A program made the translations under genes and the position numbers. DNA of 63,465 nt, filler included, from Chiloscyllium plagiosum (lineage: Eukaryota): the NCBI RefSeq assembly GCF_004010195.1. It is 3 parts of one record of this genome, joined end to end, with 100 filler letters (N's around TTAATTAATTAA, not from the genome) between each part and the next. Parts side by side here need not be neighbours in the genome. Positions count along the whole stretch, not along the records: positions 1 to 28,637 come from NC_057712.1; 2 more parts are not named here. The stretch is one strand, 5' to 3'. How positions within the stretch are numbered: position 1 is the first letter of the stretch; every line of letters begins with the position of its first letter. A model generated the notes under the pieces. The model made no database searches and had not been told where the DNA came from. It saw nothing but the letters and a program-made list of their open reading frames with translations. This document shows, one piece after another, positions 13,547 through 26,359 of this stretch.

Positions 13547-13797
13547 TTGGAGGTGACATCGAACAATTCTTCCGCCGCCTTCGCCTCTGTGCCTTCTTCT
13601 TCAATCAAGACTCCTCCAAGTCCCTCCTCCCTACCTTTTATCTTCTCCTGCTGAACACTCTCTGCTCATTCCTGAAGAAGGGCCTGTGCCCGAAACGTCG
13701 AATCTCCTGTTCCCTGGATGCTGCCTGACCTGCTGTGCTGTTCCAGCAATAAAGTTTCAACTTTGATCTCCAGCATCTGCAGACCTCACTTTCTCCT
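13547..13797 (+). mobile_element. 251-nt internally deleted PLE inserted in L1 ORF2, with 14-bp TSD
   Basis: CAAATACTTAGCAT at 13533-13546 and 13798-13811. The insert is DIEQFFRRLRL fused to a terminal repeat nearly identical to 63140-63310 (-). Confidence 0.9.
13668..13703 (+). ncRNA. Minimal type-I hammerhead ribozyme motif, core intact
   Basis: ATTC-CTGAAGA-A-GGGC-CTGT-GCCC-GAAA-CGTC-GAAT. Stem I is ATTC/GAAT, stem II is GGGC/GCCC, palindromic ACGT replaces stem III, and the cleavage triplet is GUC. Confidence 0.75.
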
Positions 13798-16137
13798 CAA
13801 ATACTTAGCATACCTTGCCAGAAAGAGAAGTGCCCTACAAACCATTACAGCGATTAGGGAAGGGTCTGGGAACCTAACATGTGACTCTAAAACGATTAAT
13901 GTGGCGTTCCAGAGATTCTACTCTAAATTATATCAGTCTGAGAATTGTGAGGAGGGGAAGGCCAAAATGGAATCCTTTTTTAGAGATCTGAAGCTCCCGG
14001 GTGTGACTCCTGAACAACAGTCCTTTCTCAATGCCCCATTATCAGAGCAAGAAGTGCAGGAAGCTATGAGGCAGCTTTAGAGTGGAAAGGCGCCCGGTCC
14101 TGATGGACTTCCCAGTGAATTCTATAAGGAATTTATAAGTATACTGTCAGGCCTGATGCTGAATATGTTTAATGATTCATACAGTCATGTTTGTTTCCCA
14201 CCATCTCTGAGAGAGGCCAATATCTCACTTATCCTTAAAAAAGGGAAGGATCCGGAAGACTGTGCTTCATCCAGGCCCATCTCGCTCTCAAATGTGGACG
14301 TTAAGATCCTCTCTAAGGCTCTTGCGTTAAGGCTGGAGACTGTGTTACTTTCTATTATTAAAGAGGATCAGACGGGCTTCATAAAGGGTCGCAGATCCTC
14401 CAATAACGTTAGGAGGCTGCTTAACGTAATTCAAGTATGCCAACAGCAGTCAATACAGGGATTGATTATTTCTTTAGATGCAGAGAAGGCATTTGACCGA
14501 GTTGAGTGACTGTACCTTTTCTGTACTCTAGACCGGTTTGATCTGGGTGAAGTTTTCATAAGATTGGTAAAGGTTCTCTACAGTGTACCTCTCGCTGCGG
14601 TCATTACCAACGGGGTACGATCAAGCTATTTTAATATTTCTAGGGACAGACAGCAGGGCTGTCCCCTTTCACCATCACTTTTTACGTTGGTGATTGAAAC
14701 GTTGGCAGAGGCCATTCGTGGGGATCTCAATATATCAGCTCCAGAAGTGGGGTCAAAATTACATAAGATCTCGCTGTATGCAGACGATGTTCTAATTTTC
14801 TTGACAAATCCAGCAGTCTCAGTGCCTTGCCTGATACAATGCATTCATGCGTTTGGCGCTTTTTCATGGTATAAGATTAATTTTGCTAAATCAGAGGCTA
14901 CGCCTATGGGTGGTCTTACGAAAGAGTTGGCTCTTGAGAGTGACTATAGATTCCCATTTAGGTGTTCACAGGGGCGTTTTGTGTATTTGGGCATATTCAT
15001 TACTCCAGTTCTGGATTGGCTGTTCAAAACCAATTTTACTCAATTATTTGAAAAAATTAAACAAGATCTCCAAAGATGGGAGGCACTTCCAGTCTCATGG
15101 TTGGGTCGGATAGCGCATATTAAGATGAATATTCTCCCTCTTTTGCTATACCCTATACGGATGCTCCCCTGATTTTCAATAAACAAACACTCAGGAGACT
15201 GAACAGTTGGTTCAGCTCATTTATCTGGCACCATAAACGGCCCCTCATTAAATTAGCCAAACTGCAGTTGCCTCACAGATTGGGGGAATTAGACCTTCCG
15301 GACATTAAAAATTACCAATTAAGCTCGCTTTTGACCTACGTGAGTGATTGGGTTTGTGGGGACGCTCTTTCAATATGGCTAGATATCGAAGTCTCCCAGG
15401 CAAGGTGCACCCTTACCAGTTTGTTGTTTTTTGACAAGTTGAAGACAGTTAGGGAATATTGCCATAACCCAATAGTCATCAATACTGTTAAAGCATGGAG
15501 GGCAATTTGGCAGAGGGAAGGTAATATTGGCAAGACATCTTTGTTTACACTTTTAGTGGGTATGCCGAGTTTTCCATAGAAAGAGGGGTACTAAGGGCTA
15601 AGAGTACACTGTCTGTCAGTACTCTATATCACCAATTGGGGGGTGCCACCTCAGGTGAGTCTGATCGACTCTGCAAGATGTGGGAAAGAGAGCCTGGTGT
15701 TGAAGTTTCTTCAGAGGCATGGGAGGATATTTGGGAGAACGCAAGGAAGATATCAATTTGCAATAGGACCCATGCTTTACAGTTGAAGATTCTCCACAGG
15801 GTCCACTTAGCCCCAGACCGTTTGTCAAAATTTAAACCAGGGGTATCATCAGCATGCCCCAAGTGCAAGGTCTGTATGGCCATTCTTACCCATTGTCTTT
15901 GGTCTTGTGACAGGCTTCAAACATATTGGAGCACTGTGGTGGGTGCAATGGAGAGGATTTTAGGTGTAGGGGTGGAGAAGGACCCTATTTCGCTCCTTTT
16001 GGGCCTACCCACTGTATTTCCTGCAGAGTCGCATAAGGCAAAACTTTTCAATATTCTTACATTCTGTGCAAGGAAGAATATCTTGCTAGGTTGGATATCA
16101 GAAAGCCACCCAGGCCTGTCGGGTTGGCGGAAGATTG

Positions 16138-16458
16138 TTTTTTTTAGATTACTTACAGTGTGGAAACAGGCCCTTCGGCCCAACAAGTCCACACCGACCC
16201 GCCGAAGCGCACCCACCCAGACCCATTCCCCTACATTTACCCCTGCACCTAACACTACAGGCAATTTAGCGTGGCCAATTCACCTAACCTGCACATTTTT
16301 GGAGTGTGGGAGGAAACCGGAGCACCCGGAGGAAACCCACGCAGACACGGGGAGAATGTGCAAACTCCACACAGTCGGTCGCCTGAGACGGGAATTGAAC
16401 CCGGGTCTCCGGCGCTGTGAGGCAGCAGTGCTAACCACTGTGCCACCGTGCCGCCCAC
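16138..16458 (-). mobile_element. HE1-type V-SINE (young) inserted in L1 ORF2
   Basis: tRNA-like head GGCGGCACGGTGGCACAGTGGTTAGC...GGTTCAATTCC, V-domain GTGGAGTTTGCACATTCTCCCCGTG, and a CR1-like tail. Confidence 0.93.
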
Positions 16459-16924
16459 TAATGGAGCACATTCCCATGGATTTTCTCACAAATACAGTAC
16501 ACCACAAAACTGAGAATTTTTACAAGACATGGCAACACGTTTTGAAATACCTGGACACAGATTTATCTGCCACACTAACAAGGGCTTTTATATAGCTGTA
16601 ACGATTGTGTTTCATGAGTCCAATATCAATGGAGGAGAAACTGTGAATGTATGAGTGTTTTGTTTGGCTGGGCTGAGTTATTACTATTTATTTGTTTGTT
16701 GTTAGGTATTTATTTAGTTAGTTAAATAGCTCGTTTAGGTTTTTTTAAATTTTATACTTCTCTATATTTATACATTCATATAGGAGGGTGGGTTGGGGAA
16801 TTTGTTTTTATTATTTGGGTTTAGTTTTGTACTATTTTTGTACTGTTTTGAATTGCATTGTTTTGTATTTGTTGTAATATTTAAAAATCTATTTCTTAAT
16901 AAAAATATATTATATAAAAAAAAG

Positions 16925-17235
16925 ACCTTTCACACCCTGGTAATGATCTCCTACAACCTCTTCCATCAGGCAGAAAATGCAGAAGCCTGAACACACGCCA
17001 ACAGGTTGAGGGATCGCTTCTTCCCAGCCATTATTAGACTATCAAATGGACTCTCTAGCCTCAAATAATGCTGACCTTGCTGGTGTTGATCTCTTTTGAA
17101 TGCTCTGTGTAATGTTACCTGTATGCCTCTGTCTAAATCTTTTGTTTTTTTACAACCTTGCTTACTATGATCTACCTGCACTGCTCATAGTGCTTTTCAC
17201 TGTACTTTAGTACAGTGACAATAAATAAACCAAAC
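16925..17235 (+). mobile_element. Rex1/Babar-like LINE 3' fragment
   Basis: Reads HPG..LLQPLPSGRKCRSL...RLRDRFFPAIIRL, the typical C-terminus of this clade. It ends in an AATAAA-rich tail. Confidence 0.6.
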
Positions 17236-18136
17236 ATCAAATTTTTAAAAACAAATTACGAGAACTCATTATGGGTCATGTTTAAACTGCTATTTTCTTT
17301 AAACAGTGGGGTAAGATGTCTAAAATGCTGCAGCATCTTGGGTGTGTGGTTTTTACAATCAGGACCAGCTCTACAGGCCAAGTGTCATGCAGGATAATTA
17401 CTCTCTGACTGGGACTTTGGCAGTAATCAGAATGTGTGTGACAGTTATTCTCTCCCGGCACTTACTATAAGCTCACACCTCTCACCAATACCTGAAAGAC
17501 TGAACAATTAATATGTTAACTATTCTGTGTTGGGTTCAGCAAATAACTGCAATAATCTGGAAATAAGGAAATCAAAAAACAAAATAGCTTGAAAGAAACA
17601 AAGAGGGACATGTCATCAAATCATGTTGACTGGTAGAGTTACATATTGATAAATGCATATTTTGTTTGCCTGTAGAAATCTGACCAGTGTTTTTTGTTAA
17701 CCTGAGTTCATCAGACAGTAAAGTTGAGAACTTGGAGTAATTTGATAACATCTTTGACATTTGTTATAATTGTGGCAGTATTAGTGCACTTTGAGTATTA
17801 GTGCACTTTACCAAATGGATTGTGACACCTGTAAAATTTATCTTTGCAGGAACTGTCCCAAACCACTTGCTGCAAAAACATCAAAGACTAGAAATTTTTT
17901 AAATTCTAAATTCCCAGGTTTGGCTCCAAGAAATAAATTGCAAATAGTGGATAACAATGAAATATTACAAAGCCAGAAATGAGATGATTTTTCATAGTTA
18001 AAGTTTTCTACCCTGGATTTATTTCAGAATTATACAACAAGTGCAAGTGAATTTGACTTTCACCAATACCAAATCATTTCGCAAGGATAATAAGGATTTC
18101 AGAAGGAGATAACAAGTACTAGTCTACAGATAACAA

Positions 18137-18477
18137 GTGTGGCACGGTGGCTCAGTGGTAGGGTGGCACAGTACTCAGTGGTTAACACTGCTGCCTCACA
18201 GCACCAGGGTCCCAGGTTCGATTCCAGCCTCAAGTGACTCTCTGTGTGGAGTTGCACATTCTCCCAGTGTCTGCGTGGGTTTCCTCTGGGTGCTCCAGTT
18301 TCCTCCCACAGTCCAAAGATGTGCAGGTCAGGTAAATTGGCCATGCTAAAATTGCCCATTGTGTTAGGTGCACTGGTCAGAGGGAAATAGGTCGGGGTGG
18401 ATTACTCTTCGGAAGGTTGGTGTGGACTTGTTGAGCAGAAGGGCCTGTTTCCGCACTGTAGGGAATCTAATCTAATC
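18137..18477 (+). mobile_element. HE1-type V-SINE
   Basis: A/B-box head, V-domain and (TAATC)n tail. Confidence 0.92.
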
Positions 18478-20247
18478 ATTAAACTGGCTACTTCTATACT
18501 GGGTCACACTAGGTCTCAATGTGCAGAGCTCCTTAAACTGTTATGATTTGACTGAAGGATGATGCCCTCTGCAGAATTTTCAGGGATGGTACCAATTGCA
18601 AAAGAAAAACAAAACAGGAGCTCTTGACACTGGTATGCATTCTCACACAATATTCAACTAGCGACAGTGTTCCAGGTCATGAAACATCCATGCCATCTAA
18701 AACTGAATAAGAGTAAAATTCTGGTAATATTGCAAGTGCTGCAAAACGTGAAGTAAGGAAAGAAAGGAAAATGCTGAAAATCAGACATTAGGGTCATTAT
18801 TACCCAAAACAGAAAAGGAGATCAGATACTTTTCTGCTCTGGATGAAGAAACAGAATCCAATTGATCCTTTAATTGGCAATTAAACGTGGAAGACAAGGT
18901 CCAGTGCTATTTCCTACTTCTCACTGGATTTTCCTCCCACTGTGGAGACTGCTGCCACTGATATACACTTTCCCTATCCATTTCCCACAGGCCAGACAAC
19001 AAATTGTCGGCTTCAATAGGAAGAAAAGTGAGATGGTGTGTACAACGTTCAGCTAATGACCATGAACATCTTGCACTCTGATATGCATGTTTAAAGAACC
19101 ATCACACTAGCTCAAGAAGGGTGCATTTGGCCCCTGCTCCAAAGACAAAACAGGTTAAAATTGAATGCAGATGTGGTATTGACTGATAGCCACCTGGTCA
19201 GTTTACTTTCCTAAATGTCATTCTTCTACCGACCTTGTTTCTTGAAGCTAGACACTCAAGCATGATTTTTACTTTCTTCTTGGCACAAGCTGCACTCGTC
19301 TGACCGTAAAATAACACGCAGAATAATTCTATTCTGGGAACAGAGGTAAGGTCATACCTTATCCAAAATGATTCATCATCCAATTATCATGAGTTGAAAA
19401 CATACTGTAGTCATGTAATAGTATTTTCAAAATAATATTAAAATGTTACACACACTCTATAGAGAACTAAAGGCATATGGAGAAACAAGAGAAATGAGGT
19501 AAGGGGAAAAGGATTTTGAAGCAGACAAAGGCCATGCAGTCCTTCAAGCCTACCCCACCATTCAATAAGATTATGGCTGATCTTGTTGTCCTCTAAGTTC
19601 CAATTTATATGTCTGAACCACATAACTCTTGACTCCCTTGTCCATCAATATTTTATCTAACTCAGTTTTGAACAGATTTAAAGACTCATCCTTCACTACT
19701 TTCTGGGTAATAACACAATAACAACCAAATTGGGATGCAAGAGTTGTGGTTACATTGTAAAAGTCTGCGAAAGAACAGTGTGATTCATTTGGTAAACCAA
19801 TAGTTGCTGAAGCATTGATATTCAAATTATCTGCTCAGTAAATGGTGGTACTAATCAAAGTTGATAAATTTCATGATAAGGTTTCATGTACTAGAGTAAA
19901 GACCTTTAAAATGTTAAAGATTAAGAGCAAGTTGTAGCTGGAACCTTTTCACCAACTACAGAATAACAAAGTAAAATAGCTACATTCAAATCATCCTTCC
20001 AGCTTAACATAAATTGCAAGCTTGTTTCAGAAATAAACAAAAATAAACAAAATGCCTAAACTGATAAAAGTTTCAGTCAACATTTGCCATTTCTGACTAA
20101 ATTACTAAATGTGTGTGTGCGCGCGTGTGCTCACTATTCACCCCATTTTAAATAAAGTTCCCTTTTCTTTGACTTCTATAAGTATAAGGCAGAAATTAAT
20201 CACACTAATTTTTCCAAGCTCCTTACTGACTCTAATATGATCAGGAC

Positions 20248-21547
20248 TGTGAAAATGAAATTGCCAACTGGCTTCAGAGACTAATGGGAATTGTGCTTCC
20301 AATCCCTCACCAAACAGAGTGAAGTTATAAATATTTTACAAATATTGGCATCTGAATAATGCACACAGCATCAAAATCTTTCAGTAGTCTGCAATCCCAA
20401 ATCAAGAGAAACTGGCTAAGACAGCTGGATGAATTGGAGAAGGAAATGTAGGCACTGTTCAGACTGCTGCAGTTAGTTGTACCACTAAGAAGACTGCTAA
20501 AAGACTGACAGATCCTACAAAGAGGACTCTGTGAGGAAGCAAGGACAGTTGGATTTCTCAGTGCTGTCAGAACTTAGGCAGGTGTTCTAGAAATTAGTAG
20601 GCAGTTAAGTATTGGACATAGGACTCAGAAGAAACCGTGGGGAGTTGAGAAATTGGGAAGGTTATTGACTGTGTTAGGGAACAGTTGGATTTCTCAGTGC
20701 TGTCAGAACTTAGGCAGGTGTTCGGCCACCGTGCCGCCCACTAAGTATTGGACATAGGACTCAGAAGAAACTGTGGGGAGTTGAGAAATTGGGAAGGTTA
20801 TTGACTGTGTTAGGGAAAAGGAATGAGGAGCTCAGAAAAAGCCTGTAAGCATTAATAATGCTTCAGTGCAGCTGGGAGTATGGGGAAAAAACTCCAGGAG
20901 TAGGCCTAACTCTATAAAGCTAACTGTCAATAAAAAAAAGTGTTGTGCCTGTGAATGAGCATTGATGTGAAAGTTTTAGAGCGTAAAGCTAAAGTTTAGG
21001 GAGTGTGAGCCTGGGAAAGGAAAGTGAATAAGAAGAACAGTCACAGTTGTTGAGGAAGTCCATGATGGAACAGGTCAGGCAAAAGTGAAACATTGTGATC
21101 CTTGAGGAAGTTTAATGAGATTTGATGAACCACTTTGTCATTAATGCCTGTGGGGAATTGCGGAGGAATCTGTGAGACCTGACTAGAATACGTTTGCTCT
21201 TTGAAGTCTTTTGTTGTGTGTTATTTGATCATAGTCCATTACCCAAAATTAACACACATGAATTCTAGACATTAGGAAATAATTTGTTCATGTTTTACAG
21301 ATTGTATTACTGTTCAAATAGTTGAAAATTTATTGTTGCTTGTGAAAATTGTGAAATCTGGTGGTTTTGTTCTCTTAGTAGCTCCTCTAGTTCATTCACT
21401 TTACCAACTTTAAAAATAAAGATGACTGATCCATTGCCAACTTCTAAGATAAATTGGTTGATCTCGTCCAGGATCAGAACAGGTTAAGGCTGAAATTAAT
21501 TCAAGATCTCAAAGTAACAGAATCTCTGGGCAAGAGTGATCATAACA
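20248..21547 (+). mobile_element. Possible solo LTR
   Basis: Purine-rich non-coding block from TGT... to ...CATAACA with AATAAA near the end. No TSD was confirmed. Confidence 0.3.
20545..20817 (+). repeat. 136-nt tandem duplication with an 18-nt swapped block
   Basis: 20545-20680 repeats at 20681-20816. Confidence 0.9.
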
Positions 21548-21664
21548 TGATAAAATTTAAGCACAATAAGTTTGAGAATATGTAATGTGGGTTTATAAGC
21601 ACTGTCTTTATCTTAAGCAAATCAAATTACAATGAAAGCTTAAATTATAGACTGATATAGAAGC

Positions 21665-22440
21665 GCTGGTCAGATGGACAGAACAGAAAATTGTGAGGTG
21701 ATGTATTTTGGGAGGTGTACACAATAAATAGTAAACCCACAGAAATACAAAGAATCAGAGGCAACTCGGTATCAATAAGAACACATCCTGAGGACAATGG
21801 GACAGGTGAATAAGGCAGTTAAGAGCATGTGGGATACTTGCCTATTAATTGATACACTGAATACTAGAGCAGGGAAGCTGTAAGAGCTGTATGAGATATT
21901 AACTAGTTAACAGCTAGAGTACTGTGTACAGCTCTGGTTGTCTAGACTGCATTGGACAGATACAGAGGACATTCAACAGAACATTCCCTGGCTGCAGCGA
22001 TTCAGCTGTAAAGAAAGATCTGATAGGCTGGAGTTGTTTTCCTGTGAACAGAGAAAGCTGAGGAGGATGCTTGACAGAAGTGTGTACAATTACGAGGGGA
22101 CATGGTTAGGGTAGGTAAGGAGACATTTTGCCCCTTAGAAGAAGGGTCAATATCCAGGGGTCATATATGAAAGGTAAAGGGCAGGAAGTTTACAGTACTT
22201 TAAGGAAGAATTTTTTCATTCAGCATGTGATGGGTATCTGGAACCCACTGCCTGAAAACAAGGTAGAGGCAGAAGCTACCACATTTAAGAAGTATTTAGA
22301 TGATCATTTGAAGCACCATAGCATACAAGGCTGCGGTCAAGTGCTGGAACATGGAACTAGAGTAGATAGGCATTTGATGTCTGGGACAGGCAAAATGAGC
22401 TGAAGGAGTTCTTTCTGTGTTGAAAGACTCTATGATTCTA
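21665..22440 (+). mobile_element. Old CR1 3' fragment
   Basis: Decayed LEYCVQLW and NFFIQHVMGIWNPLP...FKKYLD motifs, ending in a GACTCTATGATTCTA tail. Confidence 0.8.
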
Positions 22441-22844
22441 TTTTTGCTTCAGATTGAAAGTTGATGGATGAGTACTGGAGTCAGGCCTTCTGACCCAGAA
22501 ACAGTGCAGAATTGGCCACATGGACTGCAACATTTCAAGACAAGCTGTTTAAAAGATCCACATCTGTATTCTGGGATTTTATCCCAGTTGCAGTGAAATT
22601 AATAAAGCCTCTAGCCTTCACCACAATCTATCACCATCTCTACGATAATTCAGGTGTTTGTCTCTTTAATTATTACGTCACACGTTTCCCAGTAGAGAGA
22701 TACACATGTTAAGTCTGCACCTCTACAAATGACCAAAATGATTTATACTTCAGATATGCTCATATTATCCAATATCTTATTCCTAAATATTGTGAGGTAA
22801 TAATGTAACATTCAGAGCTCCTTCTTGATAAGTAATAATTAGGT

Positions 22845-23260
22845 TGCTGGGGCTGATTCCCCTGGAGCGTCGAAGGCTGAAGGGTGATTTATAGAGGTTT
22901 ATAAAATCATGATGGTCATAGAGAGGATAAATAGACAAGGTCTTTTCCACAGGGTGGGATAGTCCAGAACGAGAGGGCATAAGTTTCAGGTGAGAGGGAA
23001 AGATTTAAAGGGAACCTAAGGAGCAACTTTTTCATGCAGAGGGTGGTGTGTGTATGGAATGAGCTGCTAGAGGAAGTGGTGGAGGCTTGTACAATTATAA
23101 CATTTAAAAGGCATCTGGCTGGGTAAATGAATAGGAAAGGTTTAGAGGGATATGGGCCAAGTGCTGGTAAATGGGACGAGATTAATTTAGGATATCTGGT
23201 CAGCATGGACGAGTTGGACCAAAAGGTCTTTTTCCGTACATCTCTATGACTATGACTCTA
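22845..23260 (+). mobile_element. CR1 (HER1-type) 3' end
   Basis: RRLKGDL..VYKIM and RTRGH, FFMQRVV motifs, ending in a CTCTATGACTATGACTCTA tail. Confidence 0.9.
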
Positions 23261-25239
23261 AGTGCCCTCGCTAACCTGTCCAAAGAAAAGTGTTTGTGGA
23301 GTAAAACCAGCAAGGGAAAAATTAAATATGGATATATTTAAGACAAAGCTAAGGAAATGCATGCAAGAGAAAAGCATTGAAAGTGATAGGATCAGATGTA
23401 TTCCTCGGAGTGGTGAGGCTTGTTTGGAACAATAATGTAAGTATGGATGGTTGATATCAACTTACCTGCAGTAATCCTCTGTTAACAGCTTTATATAAAA
23501 AGCAATAAGCGAATGACTACATTTGACATAATCAAATCTCACCTTGAAGTAACTACCAAGAGAATTCTTCTGGAGAAAAGGAAAATTAATGAAATGGAGC
23601 ACACAATCCATTTTAATTTACCCACTTAACATCTTTGTGTCAACGTTACTCTTGTAACCAGCTTGGGGTCTGCCAAGTGAATGAATTTCCAGTCAAAGGG
23701 GGCAGGCTTGACTGGTTGACTGCCATTCTCCACTTTGATCATTATCTTCCAAATCCAATAATCCACCTCAGTGTGATACGCATTCATAGAAATGATCTCT
23801 TCTTCTTAAACAAAGAGAATTGCTGTCATCCCAATTCAATGGATCCAGAATAGGAAGTTTGGTATTCATTATCTCCATGTATGCCAGCACTGAAAACTGT
23901 GCAAACTAACTTTTTTCTAGTTTTAATACACAACTCTCAAGCAAGAAGCTTTAAAAACAACCATGCTGATATTATATGATTTGAAATATAATACTTAGGC
24001 ATACCGTATTTTCAAATTTAAAAATGAATCAAGTAATATTGGAGAGAAAAAATGAAAATATTTACCTTGCAAAGCCTGTTGGCTTCTCTACACATGCATA
24101 TCATTTGAACCATGCATGTGCACTCAATAGATTATGCCTCGACATGCACCCAGCCTCTAGAGAGAAAACCAGAAGGGGACTTGGGCACTGAAGCATGCGA
24201 ATTCCTGAGCCTAGCGCCTGAAGCAAATCCAGATTTGAGTCCTTGCTTAAAGAGAAAGGATCAAAAACAATCCACAAGAATCAGCAGAAGCTACCTACCT
24301 CCAAGCTTGATGCTGTAGACATGGGAACTGAGCTGCGACATGTACCAGGCAGCAAGAGTCAGGGAAGGCAAGGTCACTTCAGGCTCTAGGACCATGTTGC
24401 CATGGACGATGATCTTGGTCTGAAGCCGCTTTGCATTTCCCAGAGCTAGATGTGGAGCCTGCCAAAGCACAGCTCTCCAAACCTATTATATGACTTGCTT
24501 AGCCTTGAGGGAGGCAGCTGCTGAACCAGCACGATCTCCAACTGGTACATTTACGTGATACAGAATAGCAGCAACATGCTCATAAGTATAAATGGCTTGT
24601 TGAATTGCTTGTTAGGTCAATTCTAAAGAGCTCTTACATTTCTGTTACCTATTGAAGATAAAGGCCTCAAATCCAAACTGTTCCATTCTCAAATAAGTGG
24701 GTTCTCTCTTTCTGATGAAGGGATAGGGGAAGATGATGACTCAAGTTTTTAAGCGATGTCTTCTCAAACTTAATGTAACTCCAGTATAACACATCTGGTG
24801 TTGGAAATTCAGAGCCATCCAATTTCTAAGAGGTGGATACAGTAAGGCTAGGGTGCAGCCAATGTGGATGTCCCACTTGGTGCTTGATCAAAGAATATAG
24901 TATAAGGAAGAAATACTGACTTCCTTGTGGAACCTTCTGTCCTAGACGCTGATCCTATGAAGAGCCCCCACTAATTGTGAATTATCTGATTTGTATGACC
25001 AGCTTTCCACAGGGGGGGGGGGGGGGGCAGCACAGCTCTCTAACCAGCTCTTCAGCTAGCAGTCAAAACCTCCAATGTTTCTATCAACTACCTGCTCCCC
25101 TGCTCCCCTCAAACCAAAAAATTGCTCAACTTAATTCTTTATTCAATGTTAGATATTGAGTCATGCATTTGAGTGATCCACACTGATAACAATGACTTCA
25201 TTATTCTCTCATTCAAACTAGTTGAACTTTTTTAAATTC

Positions 25240-25770
25240 ATTCATTGGATGTCAGTTTTACTGGCTGGGCCAGCATCTTCGGACCATCTTAACAGTTCTT
25301 GAGAGGGTGGTGATAAATTGTCTCCTTGAATCACTGCAGTCCTTTTGGTGTCGGTACAAGCACAATAATGTGTAAGGGGGAGTTTTAGGATACTGATCCA
25401 GAGACACTGAAGAAATGGTGTATGTTTCCAAATCAGGATGAGTGCATACAAAGATTACCTAAAGGTGATGGTGTTCATAAGTATCGGCTATCCTTGTCCT
25501 TCTAGATGGTAGTAATTGAGGGTTGGAAGGCACTGCCTCAGGAGCTTTGATGTATTTCTGCAGTTCATCTTGTAGATGATGCACACTGCTGCTATTGTGC
25601 ATCAGTAGTGAAGGGAGTGAATATTTGTGGATGTTGTGCCAGTCAAGCAGACTGTTTTATCCTGCATGGTGACAAACTTCTTGATTATCATTTGAGGTGT
25701 ACTCATCCAGGTAAGTGGAGTACATGTTATCACACTCCTGACTGCTACTTTCAAATTCCAGCCGAATGCA
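25240..25770 (-). mobile_element. Old LINE (L2/CR1 group) 3' fragment
   Basis: Minus-strand M-x-x-MYST-x-W-like and YKM motifs, with a 3' end resembling the Deu-SINE tail at ~62510-62545. Confidence 0.5.
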
Positions 25771-26359
25771 ATTGGAACTGCGGATGGCGTGTGTGCGCGC
25801 ACGTTTGCTAAACTGACCATCCCAGCCATGGAGGTCACAACGTCGTAACAACTAAATGTAGGCATTCAGCTATACCCTTACCCTATGCCCTTCAAACTTA
25901 CTGGCAATGGAATTAGGTCCCACCCACCAAATTTAAAACCCACCCAATGCAGGGATACTATGTCAATACTGAAGGAACCAGCCCAATGTCACAAAATCTT
26001 CCGTAGTCTGGCAAGCATTTCTCTAAATATTTGTTCTTAGAGTAAACAAAAGATGACAGAAAGACTCAGTAAATGTAGATGGAACAGTCTAAATCTGAGA
26101 TACAAAAAGATGCCTGAATTACTACATGGCGCTTAGATTCCTTCAAGTTTTGTTGTTTATTGTATTCAAGTATGCCCATTAGAAATTGAAGAACTGGAGA
26201 TTCACTAAACCTTTAATTTTGTTGCAAAGTTCTTTTCAAAATGTGTATACTTAGGATGGTAGTGGAGAACCAAACTAATAGAAATTAATGGCTAATACTG
26301 AAAATTGCTTTATTTATTGATTAACCACTAGTTGAGTTTCTCAAAACTGAACAGTGACT

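Larger units (their letters stand above)
12404..16595 (+). pseudogene. L1 ORF2p (EN-RT-Cys domain), broken by stops, frameshifts and two insertions
   Basis: Consecutive ORF fragments starting at 12392, 12617, 13111, 13718, 14156, 14564, 15268 and 15636 follow L1 ORF2 domain order. Confidence 0.9.
10650..16923 (+). mobile_element. Near-full-length L1-clade LINE (decayed) with nested PLE and SINE insertions
   Basis: ORF1 coiled-coil plus DDLENRGRRKNIRIIGLPE, a T-rich inter-ORF spacer, then ORF2 EN (WNIKG, LQETH, GGDFN), RT (QGCPLSP, LYADD) and CPKC...HCLWSC. AATAAA at ~16898 and an A-tail to 16923. Confidence 0.95.
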
